IMG/VR virus record: IMGVR_UViG_3300037067_004899
Location: 6,502 to 70,501 of that record
Length of the DNA stretch: 64,000 bases
Source of the DNA: a virus
Taxonomy: Duplodnaviria; Caudoviricetes
Reading direction: 5' to 3' (one strand)
A program made the translations under genes and the position numbers. Below, one piece after another: positions 39,103-48,733 of this stretch; the stretch's first letter is position 1, and every line of letters begins with the position of its first letter. The notes beneath the pieces were generated by a model. That model did not search any database and was not told the origin of the DNA. It was given only the letters and a program-made list of their open reading frames with translations.

Positions 39103-40044
39103 CTAAATTTTTGTATATTCCTCGGTTATATTAGAAACTGATCCGGTATACCCTCCGAAGCTTAGTCCCGCCGACTGTGAACCGCAACCAGCTAAACTAC
39201 TTCGCGCAACGGTGAGGTTACCAGCAATTGTCCACGCCAATCCATCATATTCCTCTGTTGCATTGCTTACGGAACCACTATCTCCTCCGAAGCTTAGTCC
39301 CGCCGACTGTGAACCGCAACCAGCTAAACTGTTACGCGCGGTTACTAGATTTCCGCCGGAACCCCAAGTTGTTCCATTGTATTCTTCTGTAATAGCCGCG
39401 CCTGAAACACCCCCAAAACTCAATCCAGCTGTTTGTGTTCCACAACCCGCCAGCGCAGACCGCGCAGTATTAAGATCACCACCTGCTGACCACGAAGTGC
39501 CGTTGTATTCTTCAGTTGTAGGTATTTCTGTCGGAGGAGTGCCATAAACATACCCCCCAAAACTCAATCCAGCTGTTTGTGTTCCACAACCAGCTAAGCC
39601 GATGCGCGCTGTGCCAAGGTTCCCACCCGATGACCACGAAGTGCCGTTGTACTCTTCGGTAACATTTGTTCCAAAAGGTGTGGTTAAACCACCAAAACTT
39701 AGTCCCGCCGACTGTGAACCGCAACCAGCTAAACTGTTGCGTGCTGTTGCTAGACTGCCCCCTGCTGACCACGCAGTGCCGTTGTACTCTTCGGTAACGG
39801 CAGAGTTTGATCCTGTATACCCTCCGAAGCTTAATCCATCTGTTTGAGACCCACATCCAGCTAAACCAGATCGCGCGGTATTTAGGTTTCCACCTGCCGT
39901 CCACGTACCAATTTCCCAAATAGTTTTTATAACTCCGTCTATATTGGCAAATACTTTAGCTACCTGTTTTATGGCACCGTCTATATTTACCTGTACATTT
40001 GCCACTGTCTTTATGGCACCGTCTATATTCACCTGAATGCTCAT
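39103..40044 (-). CDS. Six-bladed Kelch-like beta-propeller, putative receptor-binding protein
   Basis: Six W-x-x-GG-x-L-x-TAR-x-x-LAGCG-x-Q-x-x-GLSFGG..TEEY repeats. Confidence 0.8.
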   Translation of the reverse strand: MSIQVNIDGAIKTVANVQVNIDGAIKQVAKVFANIDGVIKTIWEIGTWTAGGNLNTARSGLAGCGSQTDGLSFGGYTGSNSAVTEEYNGTAWSAGGSLATARNSLAGCGSQSAGLSFGGLTTPFGTNVTEEYNGTSWSSGGNLGTARIGLAGCGTQTAGLSFGGYVYGTPPTEIPTTEEYNGTSWSAGGDLNTARSALAGCGTQTAGLSFGGVSGAAITEEYNGTTWGSGGNLVTARNSLAGCGSQSAGLSFGGDSGSVSNATEEYDGLAWTIAGNLTVARSSLAGCGSQSAGLSFGGYTGSVSNITEEYTKI

Positions 40045-40054
40045 AATGCCCTCC

Positions 40055-40570
40055 TTATGGCGTATACATCAGCCATGTGTCACCGCTATTGCACGCCCCG
40101 GCTGTTGCTGCTGTTGTGGAATATATGGCGTTTCTCATAAATGGCGACGTATATGAACTGTGGTTTTGTGTCTTTAGTTTATTGGTCATTACCTGACTGC
40201 CTGTAGTGGTCATGATATTGCCGTAACCGCTTAACGCGCCTGCTGAACCGGCATAAGCCGCCGATATATTTATAGCTGATACGGCTGTGCTGATCGCATA
40301 CAAAGCAGAAAATACCGTTGAACCCGTGCCTATACCGTCAACTCCGCTCATACCGACATATCTCGCACCGCTTGCGCCCTCGATCAAATTTAGTTCATTT
40401 ACTGCGCTGTTTAACAGAAGTTTGTACTGGTTGTCAAGCTGGCTTGCAACATCATTCCAATTCGCTTGGAGGGCTCCACCTGTGGCTAAATTTGACGAAT
40501 CAAAAACTGTCCACGGATTTGAACCGGAATATGTTAATGTTATTGTTGATACTACTGATGCACTAATCAT
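40055..40570 (-). CDS. Tail fibre-associated Ser/Thr/Ala-rich protein
   Basis: Position; GASGARYVG..GDTWL motifs. Confidence 0.55.
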   Translation of the reverse strand: MISASVVSTITLTYSGSNPWTVFDSSNLATGGALQANWNDVASQLDNQYKLLLNSAVNELNLIEGASGARYVGMSGVDGIGTGSTVFSALYAISTAVSAINISAAYAGSAGALSGYGNIMTTTGSQVMTNKLKTQNHSSYTSPFMRNAIYSTTAATAGACNSGDTWLMYTP

Positions 40571-40600
40571 AAAATCACCTCTTAATTTTGTGAATATAGA

Positions 40601-41221
40601 CTATTTTGCTATCCACCCTGTATTTCCCGTACCGGATTCTTTAACATACAACGTTGTATTTGCCCCTCCGTCTGTCCTACGGTATAATGTACCTATTGAG
40701 GCAGTTACAGCACCTTCGGGACTACCTGCACCGTAAGGCACGTCGTTTGATGTTATAATCTTTTTCCACCCTGTGAAAATTGTGCTATTGTAAATTTGTC
40801 CAAAATATTTAATATGCCCGCCAGTCATAGATTCAACTGTCATTGTGGCATAATACAAACTAGGGTTTCCCGCATAACTACACCCGCCGAATATAGTGAC
40901 CATATAATCACTTGTAATTTCAGCAGGTAGTCCTGTTATATTAGATAAATAAATATTATTACCTATTAAATATCCAAATTCCATTTTCAGGTAGGCAATG
41001 TATTGATCTAAACTAATTGGTGTAACTGGGTTGGTTATTGCAAGCGCTTTATGTTTATTCACATATGTTGTATACTCCACTACAAGTGAGTCAAAGACCG
41101 TTTGTCCTACCTTGTCGCCAGGCAATGCATTTATAACATCAAATCCGATTTTGAGTAAATTCCCTTGATTGTCATAGTATCCCCTTGGCCTTAAAAAATC
41201 ATCAGTTCTCTGTACAGCCAT
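40601..41221 (-). CDS. Tail fibre/spike-related protein
   Basis: C-terminal GSPEGAVTASIGTLYRRTDGGANTTLYVKESGTGNTGWIAK motif. Confidence 0.7.
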   Translation of the reverse strand: MAVQRTDDFLRPRGYYDNQGNLLKIGFDVINALPGDKVGQTVFDSLVVEYTTYVNKHKALAITNPVTPISLDQYIAYLKMEFGYLIGNNIYLSNITGLPAEITSDYMVTIFGGCSYAGNPSLYYATMTVESMTGGHIKYFGQIYNSTIFTGWKKIITSNDVPYGAGSPEGAVTASIGTLYRRTDGGANTTLYVKESGTGNTGWIAK

Positions 41222-43015
41222 TTATATCACTCTCCGGTCTATCGCATAGTATAACTTGCTGTTTAGCAAGGTAAAGCCTTGATTTAAGGTGTTACTCCTT
41301 ACCTTGTATTGGAAATACTTTCCCTTCAGATTTATGGGTACTCTTTTGGGGAAATTGGAGTAAGTCGCTACATTCGGGGCAAATGCGTTCGGGTTGAAAG
41401 CGTCCGGTATCCACACACCCGCAAGTTCATAGGGCGCGGACGTTGATGTTCCGGCGATGTCGTTTATGTATACAGTGATTGCTATGGTGGTATTTCCGAA
41501 CATTGTTCTGAATTCAAAATATAAATGTGTAAATAGTTTAATCAAGTCATACCCCTGTCCGGGGTTCATTTTCTTTGAATACCAGTACGCGTCAATGGCT
41601 GTTCCGTCGTCGCTTGCGGCGGATGGGTCAAATTTATAGAGATTCCCCGCACCGCCGAAATACAAATATCCATCCTTGACGTTGAAACACGTCGGTTCAT
41701 GCGCCAGTGTCCACTTAAGCCATGGATAGACAGTTCTACCTTTCCCTTGGTGGATAAGGTTATGTTGGAGGATAAAAATTTGGTCATTCACATGAAGCCA
41801 GTACTTTTTATCATGCACAATTGCAAAAGCGTTCGCCCGGCTTGTTGCGGATTCCGTCATCAGTCCGTCGCGTATCCCGGTGAATCCGTTTATGTCCTCA
41901 CTGATAAGGTCAAGCTTGTACCCGGTTCCCTCTGTCTTTAACTGGACAACACCCCTTTGACTTAATCCCGTTGGGATACCGTCTACCAGTTTCAAAGTGT
42001 CAGTTGCAACCAGTCCTTCTCCGTCGTACATTTCAGTAATTGAATTGTTCGGCGGCGCGCCCACTAAAGCGTGAATTGACCTATATTTCCATAACTGAAG
42101 CGTGTTGGCTGTCTTTAAAAATCCCATCATTTTATCGTTTTTCACACCTACGTCCGCATATGAGGTAGCAGGGCAATAAGTGGGATCCAGGATATCAGAC
42201 CAAAACACCCTCGCGGGGAAAGACGGGTTTCCACTTAAGTAAACGTTGGTGTCGTTTCCTTCGCCGTATGTCTCACAGAAAGTGCAATTTGTTATACATG
42301 TCGCGGCAAGTACAGGTTTATGCGTTGTTATTTCTACATTCCCTACTCCCGAAACCGCCGCAGTGGTCAACGAGAAGTACCCGCTTGTGTAGTTGACCGT
42401 GAATCCTGCTGTAGCCGCGCCAGAGGTTAAAGTTGCGTTATTGACTATAACCACATTATCGCCCGTCGTAAGGCTTCCAAATGACATGTAGAACGTTGTG
42501 GCCGTCGCATTCCCTGAGAATGTTTCTTTAAGCCCGGACTGGATATAGTTGAGTTCGTCAATCTGTCCCCCACCGGTCCCGTCAGGGTTTTTATCCGCGA
42601 AATAAGTCGGAATGTAACCTGACACCGTGGAAGCTGTGGCACCGTTGTATTCTATGTAACCAGAACCGTCAAGCATGTATATGTACCCGTTCATTTCAAA
42701 CGCTCTTGACTTACCGGAAACCATGCCTGAATATATGGTCGAGGCTGAACCTGCAAGATCAATCTTTAGCGAAGTTCCAACTGGGTAAATAAAGTCTGAC
42801 GAACTGAATGAATTGTAGACAAATAATGAATTTACATTTGCCGTTGCGAGTGCGGTCGTGTAATACTTTGAGTACCCGTACCTTGAATTTATTCCGTATA
42901 GTTCATTATTGACTACGTTTTCACAGTCCGGACTTTGATCGTCCTCTATGTCAGTCGGCGGCTTTGTCACATTAAGCCCGCCTATAAACGCCGTTATCGG
43001 GTATTCCTGCAACAT
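41222..43015 (-). CDS. Podovirus tail nozzle (P22 gp10/T7 gp12-like)
   Basis: FIGGLN..SPDCENV..SRYG start, beta-rich body, YWYSKK..KYFQYKV end. Confidence 0.7.
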   Translation of the reverse strand: MLQEYPITAFIGGLNVTKPPTDIEDDQSPDCENVVNNELYGINSRYGYSKYYTTALATANVNSLFVYNSFSSSDFIYPVGTSLKIDLAGSASTIYSGMVSGKSRAFEMNGYIYMLDGSGYIEYNGATASTVSGYIPTYFADKNPDGTGGGQIDELNYIQSGLKETFSGNATATTFYMSFGSLTTGDNVVIVNNATLTSGAATAGFTVNYTSGYFSLTTAAVSGVGNVEITTHKPVLAATCITNCTFCETYGEGNDTNVYLSGNPSFPARVFWSDILDPTYCPATSYADVGVKNDKMMGFLKTANTLQLWKYRSIHALVGAPPNNSITEMYDGEGLVATDTLKLVDGIPTGLSQRGVVQLKTEGTGYKLDLISEDINGFTGIRDGLMTESATSRANAFAIVHDKKYWLHVNDQIFILQHNLIHQGKGRTVYPWLKWTLAHEPTCFNVKDGYLYFGGAGNLYKFDPSAASDDGTAIDAYWYSKKMNPGQGYDLIKLFTHLYFEFRTMFGNTTIAITVYINDIAGTSTSAPYELAGVWIPDAFNPNAFAPNVATYSNFPKRVPINLKGKYFQYKVRSNTLNQGFTLLNSKLYYAIDRRVI

Positions 43016-43019
43016 GGTA

Positions 43020-43922
43020 TCACCAGCCCCTTGTATTGTTTATTGTCTGTTTGCCGTGTTCCGTTGAGGTGTCTATTTTATCGCGTTTCTTTTCATACTC
43101 AGTCTTAAAAGCCTGACCCTGACCTACATTTACTCCGTTTCCAATCAGGACATCCCCTGCAACTCCGAAAGGAATTATCAAGGTTGTTCTGTCTTTTATC
43201 AGGAATGCACTCGTAGACGTTGTCACCACCGGAGGGATAATCCAGTAGTCAAGGAAAAATTCAGCAGAATATCCCCTGCTTATCAAAAGCTTTTTATTGT
43301 CAATCCTGTAGTCTGTAAATGTTCCGTAATCGCTGTTTTTATGGTATCTTACCTTGTTTATATCGCTGTAATCGGAAGGTAAGTCATATTCTACATAAGG
43401 CTTAAAACTTGGTATTGCAGCAGTGGAACTTCCGAAAGTATACGGATAAAAAGCCACATTCTGTATTCTGTATTCCTGATTACCGTAAAAGTTCAGTTTG
43501 ATATAGTCAGACGATACCGCAGCTGTGACAAAATTTTTGTACGCTATGAACGTACTTGCTGCAGTGACGGTCACAGTAGATAAGGTCGTCATGGTCGTAG
43601 TGCTTGAACCTTCCATGATGTCCACGGAATGAGGCCCGTCACACTCATAGTAATACGCATATGCAGAGGCTGCGACGTAGCCTACCGACGTGGTAGTATG
43701 GGTGTTATAGGAAAAAATTTCGCCAAGCATGTTTTCAACGGGGAATTGTGGTATTGCCACACTGGAGGATATTTTGTCTTTTAGGGCAAGTTCCTGATAA
43801 TATAGGTTGATTGGGTCGTCCAGTCTGTTTAGAATTGAAATGTCTATGTTTGCGGTCACAGTTTGGTACTCGTTGATTAATTTTATTGTTGCGTTACGAA
43901 TATCCCCTAATGTATATCCCAC
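43020..43922 (-). CDS. Head-tail adaptor-like protein
   Basis: TLGDIRNATIKLINEY start, EYDLPSDY; directly upstream of nozzle. Confidence 0.55.
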   Translation of the reverse strand: MGYTLGDIRNATIKLINEYQTVTANIDISILNRLDDPINLYYQELALKDKISSSVAIPQFPVENMLGEIFSYNTHTTTSVGYVAASAYAYYYECDGPHSVDIMEGSSTTTMTTLSTVTVTAASTFIAYKNFVTAAVSSDYIKLNFYGNQEYRIQNVAFYPYTFGSSTAAIPSFKPYVEYDLPSDYSDINKVRYHKNSDYGTFTDYRIDNKKLLISRGYSAEFFLDYWIIPPVVTTSTSAFLIKDRTTLIIPFGVAGDVLIGNGVNVGQGQAFKTEYEKKRDKIDTSTEHGKQTINNTRGW

Positions 43923-43994
43923 CTATATCACCTACTTTCCATAATGAAAGGGGTTTGTTTTCACAAGCCCCTACTTTGCAATTACTTATCTAAA

Positions 43995-45758
43995 CTAAAC
44001 CAATGCCACTTCAATATTTTTGACATATGTGAATGGGTCATGAGCATAGTACAGGTCTATTGATATTTTATCCGCATATACCTCGCATACCATAAACTGA
44101 CCGCTTGGGTTTAATTCCATAAGTGCTGCACCGGCAACGTTTGTAAGCACTCCATCCACTGCAGTCGGAAGATTGGGTGTATGTGTATGCCCGCTTAAAT
44201 ACAGTTTTGCCCCGTTTGCAGTCGCCAGTACAATTATTTCGTCATGCCCCGTGCCAATACTCCAGTTAAGAGCAGCAGCTATTGCAAAATGGCATGCAAG
44301 TATTTTATGAGTTGCCGGTACTTGCAACTGAGTTTCTAACCATGTCAATTCTGCCGCTGATACACTACCGCCGTGAGTTGCATCAACATAGTCAGCGTTG
44401 AAGAAGATAATTCTTACACCGTTCACTTCAACAACTCCATGACTGAGTATACGATCTTCATCTCTATCATGATTGCCTTTAAAGAAGTATTTCGGCCTTG
44501 TAAACAAGTTCGTAGCGGCTATGTACTCTTGATATTGCGATTCTCTTAATTCTGGAGTATCTGAGTATCCGCTGTCTTCGTTGTCCCCTGTTGACAATCC
44601 GAATTCTGCATCAGACACTATATTAATAGCCGAAAATGTAGACTTTAATTCATTCGGCAACCATATTGCATGTTGAGTGTGAGGATCGGACCACCACGCA
44701 AATTTTGTTAAATAGCCGATACTGGCTAAAGGTGTTACTGCAAATGAACTTAGTGTTCCTGTTCCGGTTGTGAACGAGCCGCATGTAGCACTATAAAGAA
44801 TTGACAAGTCCTTTACCGTTTGGTCTGTGCCGATTTGAACACTGTTATAATACAGTTTAAATATCGCGCCGGACTTCGATATCTTAATATTCTGTCCCTC
44901 AACATAGGTTATGCTTGAACTTATAAGTCCGGTTACAATACCCTTGACGTATTTTTCAAGCACAATCTTGTCGCCGTCCGAACGGTCTATGTACGCTAAA
45001 ACTCCGTTCTGAGGGAAAACCGAACTATCCAGCATTGCTATACCGCCTCTGCCGGTTGTCACGGCTGCATTTGCTGATATTTCAGTATTTAAGCCATATG
45101 AAGCTACATTTGCCAGAGTACCCGTCGGAACCTTTATTGTCTGCAAATATGAATCACTCAAATATCCGCTTTCAGCAAGGCGCGATTTCGCAATGTTATC
45201 AAGTTGAGTTTTGGTAAATGGCATTCCGTTCACTTTACAATAATGAAATAATTTTACTTCTATTCCAGCCCAGCCGGAAGTCTTGAACGTCTGTACAAAC
45301 ATATCAAACGTCGCCGCAGTCGTTACGGTTGTCAATAAGGATACAAACTCAAACGTACCACTTCCACTATGAGCGTTACTCGCTGTAGGACTCGCATTTG
45401 TTACGTCAATTTGTGCTGTATTATCTGTAGTTTTAATCATTGCATAGATATGAATAATATCACCTGCAACCAGTGCGCTTCTCAGGGTAGTTCTCTCTGC
45501 TGAACCAAGGCACATATTACCGTATTGAGCTTCAGGAGTAAAAGACTGCACGTTCCCACTTACAGATCTTACAGAAGTAGTATACGTGCTTCTCCATCCA
45601 TTAGCCCAGCCGTCAGCGTTAGTGTCAGTCGCGAAGTTGCCATAGCTGGCTAAAAGGTTTATAAAGCGATACTTGCGTATATTAACACCATTGAACATTA
45701 CTTTTGATATTTCCTGCCCGTTGAACATATATTTATCTATTTCAGCGCCGTTGAACAT
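43995..45758 (-). CDS. Virion-associated protein with C-terminal calcineurin-like metallophosphoesterase
   Basis: WSDPH, TGD, KGNHD, ACH, SGHTH motifs; N-terminal MFNG repeat x3. Confidence 0.8.
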   Translation of the reverse strand: MFNGAEIDKYMFNGQEISKVMFNGVNIRKYRFINLLASYGNFATDTNADGWANGWRSTYTTSVRSVSGNVQSFTPEAQYGNMCLGSAERTTLRSALVAGDIIHIYAMIKTTDNTAQIDVTNASPTASNAHSGSGTFEFVSLLTTVTTAATFDMFVQTFKTSGWAGIEVKLFHYCKVNGMPFTKTQLDNIAKSRLAESGYLSDSYLQTIKVPTGTLANVASYGLNTEISANAAVTTGRGGIAMLDSSVFPQNGVLAYIDRSDGDKIVLEKYVKGIVTGLISSSITYVEGQNIKISKSGAIFKLYYNSVQIGTDQTVKDLSILYSATCGSFTTGTGTLSSFAVTPLASIGYLTKFAWWSDPHTQHAIWLPNELKSTFSAINIVSDAEFGLSTGDNEDSGYSDTPELRESQYQEYIAATNLFTRPKYFFKGNHDRDEDRILSHGVVEVNGVRIIFFNADYVDATHGGSVSAAELTWLETQLQVPATHKILACHFAIAAALNWSIGTGHDEIIVLATANGAKLYLSGHTHTPNLPTAVDGVLTNVAGAALMELNPSGQFMVCEVYADKISIDLYYAHDPFTYVKNIEVALV

Positions 45759-45762
45759 GCTA

Positions 45763-45927
45763 TCACCCACTTATCCTGTAATCAATGCCATCAGTTAGCT
45801 TGCTGGCAGGAAGGGCATCATATTCTGCCTGAGTAAGTATAACAGCACCTTTTATTTGTCCGTTGTTCGTCATATCTGCCAAGTCTGCATTAGTCTTGCC
45901 CCAATTATAAGTTGTTTCAACTCCCAT
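45763..45927 (-). CDS. Small virion protein with LTQAEYDAL motif (not in ORF track)
   Basis: 54 aa; motif common in phage tail proteins. Confidence 0.6.
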   Translation of the reverse strand: MGVETTYNWGKTNADLADMTNNGQIKGAVILTQAEYDALPASKLTDGIDYRISG

Positions 45928-45939
45928 AAAATCACATCC

Positions 45940-46218
45940 TTAATATAAGTATTGAAAGAATTTCAATGGTTGCGCCGCACTTGCCAAAAACCAATTTCCT
46001 GTCGTCAAATGCAATGGTCCTATCTTTTCGCCTGCGCCGATATCCCAACTTCCTGTTCCAGAACCAAGAGTCGAGGCTATACCCATATAAACAGTGCCTG
46101 TTCCGGCGTTGTGTAGTTGAAATGCGCCGTTGTACGGGAATGTTGTCGCTACCGTAGAAACAGTCATAGATGTTACTGTGCCAAATTTGTACCCACCTTC
46201 TCTAAATATATCAGACAT
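45940..46218 (-). CDS. Small Thr-rich structural protein
   Basis: Position; beta-rich. Confidence 0.55.
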   Translation of the reverse strand: MSDIFREGGYKFGTVTSMTVSTVATTFPYNGAFQLHNAGTGTVYMGIASTLGSGTGSWDIGAGEKIGPLHLTTGNWFLASAAQPLKFFQYLY

Positions 46219-46220
46219 GA

Positions 46221-46439
46221 TTATACCCCCCTACATTTGATTTTATGGCCCCTTAACTGCCTTTCGGTTTCAAAAGGTTTTCCACATGAACACTTGAACC
46301 CTTGCTTTATTTCTGCCTTGACTTCCTTGACCTCCTGCGGTTTCAGAAGCGTAATTATTTCCTGAAGCTGTTCGGATATATTGGATAAAAGCATATTGGT
46401 TGTATCACCGATACACCTTGATTTGTCTATATTATACAT
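46221..46439 (-). CDS. Small protein with C-terminal Zn finger
   Basis: CSCGKPFETERQLRGHKIKC. Confidence 0.6.
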   Translation of the reverse strand: MYNIDKSRCIGDTTNMLLSNISEQLQEIITLLKPQEVKEVKAEIKQGFKCSCGKPFETERQLRGHKIKCRGV

Positions 46440-46483
46440 AAGTCCTCCAAAAGAATAAGGCGGTTTTTACGCCGCCTTTCTTG

Positions 46484-47011
46484 TTATTCATTCCCGATGA
46501 CTATGTAGCTTACAATTCCCTGCGTAGCTACGCCGGTTGAATTGTTTATCAACCACCTTATACCTGTCTGAGTTGCTATAGCACCGGCAATCAACCCCGT
46601 GACCTGCGGTGTTACAAAGGCATATAAGGCTGTTGACAAGCCGCAGTTTGTTACGGATGTCATTACTACAGCGTCAGTTGCCAGGGCTGAACCGAACGCC
46701 ACCTTGTACTTTGTACCGTATAGTGCAGCGTTCAGCATTGCAGCACCTGCGGTTAGACCGGATATGTTGGCTTTTAAAGCTGATGCATCAACACTTGTTG
46801 TAAGTCCACTCACGAGGTTTACCAACGATGATGCGTTTACCGCCGTTGTTAAGCCACTCACAAGATTAACCAAGGACGACGCATTTACTGCGGTTGTCAG
46901 ACCAGATACCAGGTTATTTACCGCAGATGCATACTGGTACATAGTCCCGGCTGAGTCCTTAAAGCCTTCTGCGCGGACATATGAGGACACCCTTGTTGTT
47001 TCAGTTGACAT
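46484..47011 (-). CDS. Ser/Thr/Ala-rich structural protein with 16-aa tandem repeats
   Basis: NLVSGLTTAVNASSLV repeated about 3 times. Confidence 0.65.
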   Translation of the reverse strand: MSTETTRVSSYVRAEGFKDSAGTMYQYASAVNNLVSGLTTAVNASSLVNLVSGLTTAVNASSLVNLVSGLTTSVDASALKANISGLTAGAAMLNAALYGTKYKVAFGSALATDAVVMTSVTNCGLSTALYAFVTPQVTGLIAGAIATQTGIRWLINNSTGVATQGIVSYIVIGNE

Positions 47012-47070
47012 GTTCTTTCACCTCCATGAAACAAGGCACCCTTGCGAGTGCCTTGTGTTGGTTTGTATTT

Positions 47071-47673
47071 TTACTTCCATCTGCTTAATTCGTGAGTTTG
47101 AGAATGACAGGAGTTGCAGAGAGTTTCAAGGTTATCAGGTTCGTTGTTGGGCTTTTCGGATTGGCCACTTTCATCCTTATGGTGAACATTTAAACCGTCT
47201 TCGCGTCCACACATAACACATTTGTGTCCGTCTCGTTCAAGTACGAGTTCCCTATTGCCGCCAAACCTTTCATTGTTGTGGCAATCGTTTACTTTTTGCC
47301 TTGCGCGTTCACCGTTTTGGACTCTCCATTCTTTAGCTTGCTGCTTATACAGTTCTGGGTTAGACCTGTATAATTCCTTGCGCTTTTCTCTTACATGTTC
47401 AATGTTTTGTTCTTGCCATTGTCTGTTCTTTTTGTTTATATCCTCTTTGTGTATTATGTAATCATAGTGTTTCCTACATTTTGGGCTACAATATTTTTGG
47501 TCATTTTTCTTTGGAGGAACGAACATTTTTCCGCATACAACGCAAGGCCTTTCTGTCTTTGGGTATTCACGAATAAGTCTGGCTCGCTTATAGCAAGCCG
47601 TTGAACAATATTTTTTTGCCCTTTCTGTTTTGAATTCTTTTTGACACACAGGGCAAATGATCCTCGCAACCAT
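47071..47673 (-). CDS. HNH endonuclease with Zn-finger repeats
   Basis: LERDGHKCVMCG..VHHKD..NLETLCNSCHSQTH; two CxxC..KYCS..C fingers. Confidence 0.85.
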   Translation of the reverse strand: MVARIICPVCQKEFKTERAKKYCSTACYKRARLIREYPKTERPCVVCGKMFVPPKKNDQKYCSPKCRKHYDYIIHKEDINKKNRQWQEQNIEHVREKRKELYRSNPELYKQQAKEWRVQNGERARQKVNDCHNNERFGGNRELVLERDGHKCVMCGREDGLNVHHKDESGQSEKPNNEPDNLETLCNSCHSQTHELSRWK

Positions 47674-47758
47674 GTTAACAACCTCCCATTTATTAATGTT
47701 ATATTGTTATTGTAACACATATCTGGGAAGTTGTAAACATTTATGTTTATGATGAACC

Positions 47759-48718
47759 TTAAGCTGGCAGATTTCCCACGATAAATTTCCAGTCGTAAAC
47801 ACAAATTCCAAATCTTGCATATACGCCTATGGCCCATGACAACGTTTCAAAGCTGCTGTTGCTTTGCGTTTCGGGTTTGATTCTGTCAAGGAAATACAGG
47901 TTTTCCTTAGCCGCAACACTATCTATCCAGTGCCACGGATGATTGGATTTACCTGACTGTTTCTTGAGCTTCTTCCACACAACAACCTTGAACATTCCCT
48001 CGTAGATGTTATACTCGTTGTTGGCTACTTTGGGCTTTTTGTCACTGTTGGCGAGTTCGAGGGCGGTTTTGGCGTTTGCCATACCCACCAGCAATGTATC
48101 GCCGAAATAACTTCCGTCGTTTCCGGTATCGTCTGTGAAATCACTCATCGTCACTATTGCGGTATCAAGGTTGTCACCATCAAGCGTGTTGGTGGTCTTG
48201 TTGTCAAGGTAGTCAGTGTTTTTCCCACTCTTGCTTACGTGGGTATCATTGACGAACGAAACGCCATCTGCGCCGAGTGTCCATGTGTAGGTATCGCCAT
48301 CTTTGGTAAATGAACTCTGATCTGCATTGGTGAAAACAGCAGCTGCAAAGTTTTCCTGCGTCCTATAGGCAGCTTCCATCAGCGACTTACCGGAGGTCTG
48401 CATGGACAAGAGTTTGTTGTCGTCAAGGAATTTTCTGCCGAACGATGCCGTGTCGGAAAATTCAGTGAATTCGCAAGTCTTGGCAAAATATTCGTTGATA
48501 TCCGAATAGTTCCTTGTGCCATGCATCTGTTTAATATCGCCTCTTGAACTGGTTCCCAAAATGGAAACTGCCGGTTCGTCTACGTCCTGTCTGTTGAACA
48601 GTTCGTTTATCATTCCTGTGTCAGCTTTGGCTGTGCCTATGTCCTCCATGAATTTCAATATGGCCACTTCATAGTTACCTACAAGCTTGTTGAATTCTGT
48701 TGCGGTATAGTTAATCAT
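47759..48718 (-). CDS. Major capsid protein
   Basis: 319 aa after scaffold and decoration genes; GADGVSFVNDTH, DTLLV, YARFGICVYDWKFIVG pattern. Confidence 0.8.
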   Translation of the reverse strand: MINYTATEFNKLVGNYEVAILKFMEDIGTAKADTGMINELFNRQDVDEPAVSILGTSSRGDIKQMHGTRNYSDINEYFAKTCEFTEFSDTASFGRKFLDDNKLLSMQTSGKSLMEAAYRTQENFAAAVFTNADQSSFTKDGDTYTWTLGADGVSFVNDTHVSKSGKNTDYLDNKTTNTLDGDNLDTAIVTMSDFTDDTGNDGSYFGDTLLVGMANAKTALELANSDKKPKVANNEYNIYEGMFKVVVWKKLKKQSGKSNHPWHWIDSVAAKENLYFLDRIKPETQSNSSFETLSWAIGVYARFGICVYDWKFIVGNLPA

Positions 48719-48733
48719 TTATGCCACCCCCCC

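Noticed and set aside
39103-40044. Repeats as a DGR template/variable pair or a CRISPR array
   Set aside because: No reverse transcriptase in the window; the repeats are in-frame protein repeats without adenine-specific differences or unique spacers
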